Shown here: piece by piece, positions 28,876 through 35,528 of the stretch
Layout of the letters: every line of letters begins with the position of its first letter
Numbering within the stretch: position 1 is the first letter of the stretch
Source of the DNA: Sphingobacteriales bacterium
GTDB lineage: Bacteria > Bacteroidota > Bacteroidia > Chitinophagales > Chitinophagaceae
Reading direction: 5' to 3'
NCBI GenBank assembly: GCA_947463665.1
Contig: CANHUD010000001.1
Location: forward strand, 1-35,528
Length of the DNA stretch: 35,528 nucleotides
Position numbers and translations under genes: made by a program
Notes under the pieces: model-generated
The model's input: the letters and a program-made list of their open reading frames with translations, nothing else
What the model was told of the DNA's origin: nothing
Databases searched by the model: none

Positions 28876-30063
28876 ATGTCAAATTCGGAAGTTTTTGTAG
28901 TTGCAGCCGTACGTACTCCATTGGGAAGTTTCGGAGGTGCACTGCGTTCGCTGTCCGCCATTGAACTGGGTGCGATCGCCATTCGGTCTGCCGTAGAAAA
29001 ATCCGGTGTGCCGGTTAACCGCATCGATGAGGTGCTTATGGGAGCTGTACTGCAGGCTGGTATGGGTCAGGCACCTGCCCGTCAGGCAGCACTTAAGGCA
29101 GGACTGCCTCCGGAAGTGGCCTGCACAACGGTCAATAAGGTGTGTGCCAGTGGCATGAAAGCCATTGCACAGGGTTTTCAGTCGATTCTGCTGGGCGATG
29201 CTTCCGTTGTGGTGGCTGGCGGTATGGAAAGTATGAGCAATGTCCCTTATTACTCCACGCACACCCGATGGGGCAACAAATACGGTCACATCCAGTTGCT
29301 GGATGGCATTGCAAAAGACGGATTGTTGGATGCGTACGACGGGCAGGCAATGGGAGTGTCAGCCGAACGCTGTGCAGCCGAATGCCACATCAGCAGAGAG
29401 GATCAGGACGCTTTCGCTATTGAAAGTTACAAAAGAGCACAGACTGCATGGAATGAAGGAAAATTTTCGGATGAAATCGTTCCGGTCTCCATTCCTCAGA
29501 AAAAGGGAGAAGCGGTAGTAGTAGACAAGGATGAGGAACCCTGGAATATCCGCTTTGATAAAGTAGCAGGGTTGCGTCCCGCCTTCCTCAGTGAGGGGAC
29601 CATTACGGCGGCCAATGCCTCTACTATGAACGACGGTGCAGCAGCTGTAGTGCTGGTTAGTGCTGCCGTTGTAAAAGAACTGGGCTTGAAACCGATTGCC
29701 CGTATCGTTTCTGCGGCAGATGCAGAACAGGCACCTGAGTGGTTTACCACCACACCTTCTCTGGCGCTGCCCAAAGCACTGAAAAAAGCAGGACTTTCTC
29801 ACAATGACATAGACTTGTGGGAGATCAATGAAGCTTTTTCCGTAGTAGGCATCGAAAATATGCGCCGATTGAATGTTCCATATGAAAAAGTAAATGTCCA
29901 TGGTGGTGCAGTTGCCCTGGGCCATCCATTGGGCTGTTCCGGCACCAGAATCATGGTAACCCTGATTCATGCACTCATTCAGCGGAAAGGACGGTACGGA
30001 GCTGCCGGTATTTGCAATGGCGGTGGCGGTGCCTCTGCTATGGTAGTGGAAATTCTGCCATGA
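28876..30063 (+). CDS. Acetyl-CoA C-acetyltransferase (thiolase)
   Basis: RTPLGSF, NKVCASGMKA (catalytic Cys), GGMESMS, NEAF, GHPLGCSG, GICNGGGG. The start is at 28873 or 28876. Confidence 0.95.
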   Translation: MSNSEVFVVAAVRTPLGSFGGALRSLSAIELGAIAIRSAVEKSGVPVNRIDEVLMGAVLQAGMGQAPARQAALKAGLPPEVACTTVNKVCASGMKAIAQGFQSILLGDASVVVAGGMESMSNVPYYSTHTRWGNKYGHIQLLDGIAKDGLLDAYDGQAMGVSAERCAAECHISREDQDAFAIESYKRAQTAWNEGKFSDEIVPVSIPQKKGEAVVVDKDEEPWNIRFDKVAGLRPAFLSEGTITAANASTMNDGAAAVVLVSAAVVKELGLKPIARIVSAADAEQAPEWFTTTPSLALPKALKKAGLSHNDIDLWEINEAFSVVGIENMRRLNVPYEKVNVHGGAVALGHPLGCSGTRIMVTLIHALIQRKGRYGAAGICNGGGGASAMVVEILP

Positions 30064-30081
30064 TATAAGGGATGTTTTCCC

Positions 30082-30089
30082 TATTTTTG
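30082..30089 (+). promoter_or_regulatory. Bacteroidota -7 promoter element for pdhB
   Basis: TATTTTTG, 20 nt upstream of the ATG. Confidence 0.6.
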
Positions 30090-30109
30090 CGACTCGAAAA
30101 ATCATTTGA

Positions 30110-31096
30110 ATGGCCAGGATCATACAATTCAGGGAAGCTTTACGGGAAGCGATGAGTGAAGAAATGCGTAGAGACAGCCGCGTTTTCCTCATGGGCGAAG
30201 AAGTTGCAGAATACAATGGTGCTTACAAAGTAAGCCAGGGTATGTTGGATGAATTTGGAGAGAAAAGAGTCATTGATACCCCCATCGCAGAGCTTGGATT
30301 CTCTGCCGTGGCAGTAGGAGCTGCTCAGAATGGACTTCGTCCGATTGTTGAATTCATGACCTGGAACTTTGCTGTGCTGGCATTGGACCAGATTCTGAAT
30401 ACCGCCTCCAAAATGCTGGCCATGAGTGGCGGACAGGTAGGATGTCCAATCGTATTCAGAGGCGCAAATGGTTCTGCAGGCCAGCTGGGTGCTCAGCATT
30501 CTACTGCCTTCGAAAGTATGTACGCTAATATTCCAGGCTTAAAGGTGATCTCTGTATCAAACCCCTATGATGCAAAAGGATTACTGAAAAGTGCTATTCG
30601 GGATGATGATCCGGTGATGTTCATGGAATCTGAGGTTATGTACGGCGATAAGGGTGAAGTGCCTGAAGAAGAATATCTGATCCCCATCGGCAAAGCAGAT
30701 GTGAAGCGTCCGGGTTCAGATGTAACCATTGTTTCTTTCAATAAAATGATGAAAGTGGCATTGGCTGCTGCAGATGAACTGGCCAAAGAAGGAATAAGCG
30801 CAGAAGTTATAGATCTTCGCACCATTCGTCCGCTCGACTGGCATACCATCATGGAAAGTGTAAAAAAGACCAACCGGCTGGTCATTGTGGAAGAACAGTG
30901 GCCATTCGCATCTGTTAGTTCTGAAATTGCATACCGCATCCAAAAAGAAGGATTCGATTACCTGGATGCACCTGTTCGCAGGATCACTTCAGTTGATGCG
31001 CCTATGCACTATGCTCCAAATCTTGTGGCAGGATACCTCCCGGATGTACCCAGAACTGTAAAGCTGGTTAAAGAGGTTATGTATCTGAAGAAATAA
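30110..31096 (+). CDS. pdhB: Pyruvate dehydrogenase E1 component subunit beta
   Basis: MGEEVAEYNGAYKVS, DTPIAELGF, RPIVEFM, AQHS, IDLRTIRPLD, FDYLDAPV. Confidence 0.95.
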   Translation: MARIIQFREALREAMSEEMRRDSRVFLMGEEVAEYNGAYKVSQGMLDEFGEKRVIDTPIAELGFSAVAVGAAQNGLRPIVEFMTWNFAVLALDQILNTASKMLAMSGGQVGCPIVFRGANGSAGQLGAQHSTAFESMYANIPGLKVISVSNPYDAKGLLKSAIRDDDPVMFMESEVMYGDKGEVPEEEYLIPIGKADVKRPGSDVTIVSFNKMMKVALAAADELAKEGISAEVIDLRTIRPLDWHTIMESVKKTNRLVIVEEQWPFASVSSEIAYRIQKEGFDYLDAPVRRITSVDAPMHYAPNLVAGYLPDVPRTVKLVKEVMYLKK

Positions 31097-31115
31097 CACC
31101 TTTCAATTTATACGT

Positions 31116-31146
31116 CAAAACCCTCCGCTAATACCGGAGGGTTTTG
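31116..31146 (+). terminator. Intrinsic terminator after pdhB
   Basis: CAAAACCCTCCG-7nt-CGGAGGGTTTTG followed by T-rich sequence. Confidence 0.8.
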
Positions 31147-31159
31147 CTATTTTTAGGAT

Positions 31160-33217
31160 ATGATGAAGTGCTGGTATATTTTCTTTTTCACAATCTGTAT
31201 TACCCACCAATTAACGGCACAGGATAGTTCTTATGCAGAGCTGAACGAAATCGAAATCAAAGGCCTGGATATTCCTTCTAAACAACGATCTGTTCCCGCT
31301 TCCATTTCTACAATAGGAAAAAGAGAGTTACAACGCTACGGAAACAACAGTCTGGTCCCGGTTTTGAATGCCCTCCCAGGTGTTCGAATGGAAGAACGTT
31401 CCCCCGGAAGTTACCGACTCTCGATCCGTGGCAGTCTTTTACGATCACCTTTCGGTGTCAGGAATGTAAAGATGTACTGGAAAGATATGCCACTCACAGA
31501 TGCGGGAGGAAATATGTATCTGAACCTGCTGGATATGAATACCATCGGCAGGATAGAAGTGATTAAGGGCCCGGCGGGGAGTATTTATGGAGCAGGTACC
31601 GGTGGAGTGGTAAGTTTTTTTCCAACAGAGCAAAAGGAGGTTCCATCCAGTCAGCGTATGTTCCAGACTACCGCCGGTGGGTTTGGGCAAAAAGGCCTCC
31701 TTGCCAGCTGGAACAAGCAGACCGATAAACAGCGTGTTCAGATTTTTCAGTCCCTCTGGTCCGCCAGCGGATACCGAAGAAATAGCCGTATGAGCCGTTC
31801 TGTAACACAGCTTACCGGTAACTGGAAACCCGGGAAAAACCATGAGCTGGATTATCTGGTTTATTATACCGATCTACATTATCAGACTCCGGGAGGACTT
31901 ACCCTGAGTCAGTTTCAGCAGACACCACAACAGGCAAGACCGGCAACCGCAAGCTTACCGTCTGCAGAACAACAACGAGCCGGTATATTCAACAAAACAA
32001 TTTTTGTAGGCACATCTTACACCACCAGGTTGTCTAAGCAGTGGGCGCAGACAACTTCCATCATCTTTAGTTATACCAACTTCCGGAACCCTTTTATATC
32101 TAACTATGAAACACGCTTTGAACAGAATATCGGCATTCGCTCCAAATGGGTATATGAACAAAAATGGCGTCAGCATACACTCCACTTGATAGTTGGAGCT
32201 GAATCGAGTAGGGGAAACCACCGGATAGACAGTACCGGCAACTTCTTCGGAAATCGATTTGGTGGTCGTGTAACCGATCAGGTTAGACCTGCTCATTCTT
32301 TTGCGTTCACGCAACTTCAGTATTCGCTGGAGGATCGATTGGTTATTATGGCAGGGATAAGCACCAATACGTATAGATATGCTATCCATCGTACAAATCC
32401 ATCAGGTGTACCAACCAATACTACATTTCCATTGACCTGGTTGCCCCGTTTATCCGGACTGCTAAAGGTTGCTAGTGGTATCAATGTCTATGCATCCTTA
32501 TCTAAAGGATACTCCAGTCCAACACTGGCAGAAATCAAACCTTCAGCAGGTGGGATTTATCAGGATCTAAGAGCCGAACAGGGCTGGAATACAGAAGTAG
32601 GAGTAAAGGGTAGTATGTGGCGATCAAAAGTGCAATGGGACGCCGGCTTCTTTAGATTTAATCTGAGGGATGCCATTGTGAGACGGGTAAATGCGGCAGG
32701 TGCAGAATATTTTGTAAATTCAGGAAAAACAGAACAGAAAGGAATTGAGTCAAGTGTAGACGTTTTGCTGCTTCGGCGTGCAACCGGTGTTATCAAGGAA
32801 TGGCGTATTTGGAATAGCCTTACTTTTTTTGATTTCCGATTTAGAGAGTACAAATCCACAACATCCGATTTCAGCGGAAACAAACTAACTGGAGTGCCCG
32901 ATAAGCAGATCGTGGCGGGTACGGATCTTCGTTTTGAAGGTGGATTTTATCTGAATGCAGTGTTCCAGTATACCGGGTCGCTGCCTTTGACAGATGCCAA
33001 TGATGCGTTTGCGGATGATTATCGGCTGTGGCAATTCCGGCTCGGATGGAAAAAGGCCTGGGGAAAAAACAAGATTCAGACGGATATTTTTGCACATGCC
33101 GACAATCCGCTGAACGAATCCTACAGTCTGGGCAATGATATCAATGCTTTCGGAAGAAGATTCTATAATCCTGCTCCTATGGCTCAGTTTACTGGAGGAA
33201 TTCGTATCCTGTTTTAA
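31160..33217 (+). CDS. TonB-dependent outer-membrane receptor (non-SusC type)
   Basis: Plug motifs LNALPGV, LSIRG, IEVIKGPAGSIYGAGTGGVV; barrel strands; NPLNESY; C-terminal Phe. Confidence 0.92.
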   Translation: MMKCWYIFFFTICITHQLTAQDSSYAELNEIEIKGLDIPSKQRSVPASISTIGKRELQRYGNNSLVPVLNALPGVRMEERSPGSYRLSIRGSLLRSPFGVRNVKMYWKDMPLTDAGGNMYLNLLDMNTIGRIEVIKGPAGSIYGAGTGGVVSFFPTEQKEVPSSQRMFQTTAGGFGQKGLLASWNKQTDKQRVQIFQSLWSASGYRRNSRMSRSVTQLTGNWKPGKNHELDYLVYYTDLHYQTPGGLTLSQFQQTPQQARPATASLPSAEQQRAGIFNKTIFVGTSYTTRLSKQWAQTTSIIFSYTNFRNPFISNYETRFEQNIGIRSKWVYEQKWRQHTLHLIVGAESSRGNHRIDSTGNFFGNRFGGRVTDQVRPAHSFAFTQLQYSLEDRLVIMAGISTNTYRYAIHRTNPSGVPTNTTFPLTWLPRLSGLLKVASGINVYASLSKGYSSPTLAEIKPSAGGIYQDLRAEQGWNTEVGVKGSMWRSKVQWDAGFFRFNLRDAIVRRVNAAGAEYFVNSGKTEQKGIESSVDVLLLRRATGVIKEWRIWNSLTFFDFRFREYKSTTSDFSGNKLTGVPDKQIVAGTDLRFEGGFYLNAVFQYTGSLPLTDANDAFADDYRLWQFRLGWKKAWGKNKIQTDIFAHADNPLNESYSLGNDINAFGRRFYNPAPMAQFTGGIRILF

Positions 33218-33234
33218 TTCACAAAATTGATTGT

Positions 33235-34398
33235 ATGCCACAGATTCTGATTATAGATGATGAGCGGGCCATTCGGAAAACACTTACAGAAATTCTCAGC
33301 TATGAAGGGTATGAGGTCTCTGAAGCTCCAGATGGAGAAGCCGGCTTGCTCATGGCAAAAGAGAAAGCATTTGATGCCATATTCTGTGATATCAAAATGC
33401 CCCGGATGGATGGTCTGGAAGTTCTTGAAAAACTCAGGGAACTTCGTCCTGACACCCCCGTTATAATGATATCCGGACATGGCACCATAGAAACAGCGGT
33501 AGAAGCCGTTAAGAAAGGTGCGTATGATTATTTGGCTAAGCCACCTGATCTGAACAGACTGCTGATTACCTTGCGAAACGCAACGGAGAAGAATGCGCTG
33601 CTGACAGAGACGAAAACACTGCGCCGGAAAATATATGGTGTTCAGGAAATGATCGGAACATCTGCCGCGATCGGTCAGATCAAAGAAACGGTTGATAAGG
33701 TGGCACCCACAGATGCACGGGTGCTGATTACCGGTGAAAATGGTGTGGGAAAGGAATTGGTTGCCAGATGGATTCACGAAAAAAGCCAGCGGAATAAACA
33801 GCCACTCGTAGAAGTCAATTGCGCTGCTATTCCTTCTGATTTAATTGAAAGTGAATTATTCGGGCATGAAAAAGGATCGTTCACATCTGCCGTTAAACAG
33901 CGGATCGGAAAATTTGAACAGGCCAGCGGAGGAACACTTTTCCTGGATGAAATAGGCGATATGAGTCTTACGGCTCAGGCTAAAGTTCTGAGAGTGCTGC
34001 AGGAGGGTAAACTTACCAGAGTGGGCGGAGAAAAAGAAATCAGCGTGGATGTAAGGGTCATTGCCGCAACAAACAAAAATCTGCTCTATGAAGTGGAACA
34101 AAAACAGTTCCGACTGGACTTGTATCACCGACTGAGCGTGATCATCATTCATGTACCTTCTCTTAATGATCGCAAACAGGATATCCCGGATCTGGTGAAG
34201 CATTTTCTGCAACAAATTTGTAAAGAGTATGGTATTGCAGTGAAAGAAATCGAACCTTCAGCGATGGACAAACTACAGGAATTTCAATGGACGGGTAATA
34301 TTCGTGAATTAAGAAATGTAGTGGAACGGTTGATTATCTTGTCTGGTTCGCTAATAACAAAAGAGGACGTATTGAAATACGTATGGACCTCATGCTGA
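33235..34398 (+). CDS. NtrC/NtrX-like response regulator (REC + sigma54-activator-type AAA+), no C-terminal HTH
   Basis: ILIIDDE, CDIKMP, GENGVGKE, ESELFGHEKGSFTSA, LFLDEIG, FRLDLYHRL, WTGNIRELRN. Confidence 0.92.
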   Translation: MPQILIIDDERAIRKTLTEILSYEGYEVSEAPDGEAGLLMAKEKAFDAIFCDIKMPRMDGLEVLEKLRELRPDTPVIMISGHGTIETAVEAVKKGAYDYLAKPPDLNRLLITLRNATEKNALLTETKTLRRKIYGVQEMIGTSAAIGQIKETVDKVAPTDARVLITGENGVGKELVARWIHEKSQRNKQPLVEVNCAAIPSDLIESELFGHEKGSFTSAVKQRIGKFEQASGGTLFLDEIGDMSLTAQAKVLRVLQEGKLTRVGGEKEISVDVRVIAATNKNLLYEVEQKQFRLDLYHRLSVIIIHVPSLNDRKQDIPDLVKHFLQQICKEYGIAVKEIEPSAMDKLQEFQWTGNIRELRNVVERLIILSGSLITKEDVLKYVWTSC

Positions 34399-35271
34399 AG
34401 GATTATCCAGTGACACTAAAAAGTCGAGGATATCCATGAAAAGCGTTAAGTTTTCAAGTTCATGAGTTAATCCATTAAATACGCGACCCGATGCCAATAC
34501 CTGAATATCCGGATAAAGCTTACAGAGGTCCTCTACTAATTCTGCTGGCTCATTATCGGTAAAATTGGTGGTCAGATGCACAAACAGATGTGTAACACTC
34601 GTTGTGGAAAGAAAATCGTTCAATTCAGAAAGGGTGGTGTTTACCCCCAGCAAAGAGCAGCTTATTCCTCTTTTCTTCAGGCAATACTGGATGAACAACA
34701 AGGGTATTTCATGATATTCTTCCGGTGGACAAAAAAGTACATATCGTACCCCGGCTTTTTGGGGTTTCCATTCCATTCCTGCAGTTTCAAACAGAATCTT
34801 GTTCCGGATGATATTGGATGCAAAATGTTCCTGGGAAGGTATAATGTTGCCCGTAAGCCATAGCATCCCTATCTTATTGAGGAATGGATACACCACCTGA
34901 ATGATCGTGTGCTCAAATCCCTGTCGAAATAAAACAGCATCCAGTGCCCTGCGGAACAATTCCTCATCAAAATCAATAGAGGCCTCAATCAGCTGGTTGA
35001 TGAAAATATCAAATTTACCCTTCGACTGTGCTTCGGCCGTCAGCCGGCATATATCTTCATCGGACATTTCAGCGATCCGGGAAATCTTGAATCCCTGGTT
35101 GTATAAATGGGAAATACGAAGAATTCTTTTGAGATCGTCAATACCGTACAACCTGTGTCGGCTCTGTTTCCTGGACGGTTTGATAATCCCGTAGCGCTGT
35201 TCCCATACCCTGAGGGTGTGGGCCTTGATTCCGCTGAGATTTTCAATGTCCCGGATGGAAAAAGTGTTCAT
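34390..35271 (-). CDS. MerR-family regulator with cobalamin-binding domain (CarH/LitR-like)
   Basis: FSIRDIENLSGIKAHTLRVWEQRYG HTH; W-x9-EH (WLTGNIIPSQEH); E-x-H (EYH); Rossmann-like C-terminus. Confidence 0.88.
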   Translation of the reverse strand: MNTFSIRDIENLSGIKAHTLRVWEQRYGIIKPSRKQSRHRLYGIDDLKRILRISHLYNQGFKISRIAEMSDEDICRLTAEAQSKGKFDIFINQLIEASIDFDEELFRRALDAVLFRQGFEHTIIQVVYPFLNKIGMLWLTGNIIPSQEHFASNIIRNKILFETAGMEWKPQKAGVRYVLFCPPEEYHEIPLLFIQYCLKKRGISCSLLGVNTTLSELNDFLSTTSVTHLFVHLTTNFTDNEPAELVEDLCKLYPDIQVLASGRVFNGLTHELENLTLFMDILDFLVSLDNPSA

Positions 35272-35365
35272 TCGTTACTCAATATAAGGATTTCAAATGA
35301 AAAACAGACTGCCGGCTCAACGAATCTGCCTGTTGTGCTAATATCAGATACTCGTTGTTTTTAGC

Positions 35366-35373
35366 TATTTTTG
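35366..35373 (+). promoter_or_regulatory. Bacteroidota -7 promoter element for the terminal ORF
   Basis: TATTTTTG, 18 nt upstream of the ATG at 35392. Confidence 0.55.
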
Positions 35374-35391
35374 AAGTCTTATAATGTACAC

Positions 35392-35528
35392 ATGAGCGCA
35401 GGTTGGATCATTTTTATACTGGGTACGATTGGATTCCACATAGGTCTGTACGGAATGTTCCGCAAAGCTGGGCTATCCCCCTGGAAAGCCCTGATTCCCT
35501 ATCTCAATACCTGGGAGATGACCGAAAA
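35392..35528 (+). CDS. lepB: 5' fragment of a DUF5684-domain membrane protein, probably Bacteroidota signal peptidase I (runs off the window)
   Basis: Manual translation gives MSAGWIIFILGTIGFHIGLYGMFRKAGLSPWKALIPYLNTWEMTE. F-x-KAG-x2-W-x-A-x-IP-x2-N is the N-terminal motif of Bacteroidota LepB. Not in the ORF track. Confidence 0.65.
   Translation, partial: MSAGWIIFILGTIGFHIGLYGMFRKAGLSPWKALIPYLNTWEMTE

Noticed and set aside
35272-35391. CarH-type tandem operator repeats upstream of the MerR gene
   Set aside because: No convincing 11-bp direct repeats or palindrome were found by eye.

Overview
Densely packed chromosomal window from a Bacteroidota bacterium, probably Chitinophagaceae-like (many TAnnTTTG-type -7 promoters, no obvious Shine-Dalgarno sequences, Bacteroidota-type PurM). 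It holds 28 CDS, mostly housekeeping: partial sdhB, holA, ribF, purM, ftsE, rpsO-pnp, prmA, plsY, dnaG, a thiolase, pdhB and partial lepB. It also has a sulfatase, two GT4 glycosyltransferases, a secreted pullulanase, a TonB-dependent receptor, an NtrX-like regulator and a B12-binding MerR regulator. I found no mobile element, CRISPR array, rRNA or tRNA. The main unexplained system is a translationally coupled three-gene operon (20661-26604, minus strand): a diheme PSD1/planctomycete cytochrome c protein, a Tat-exported DUF1501 protein, and a membrane protein with His-rich TM, cytochrome c, LRR and carbohydrate-module-like domains. Also notable: a 1151-aa uncharacterised outer-membrane barrel with SprA-like motifs, an apparent GC-skew switch near a palindrome-rich intergenic region (possible oriC), a hairpin that buries the dnaG start codon, and several probably leaderless transcripts. 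All family assignments come from recognising motifs by eye, not from database searches.
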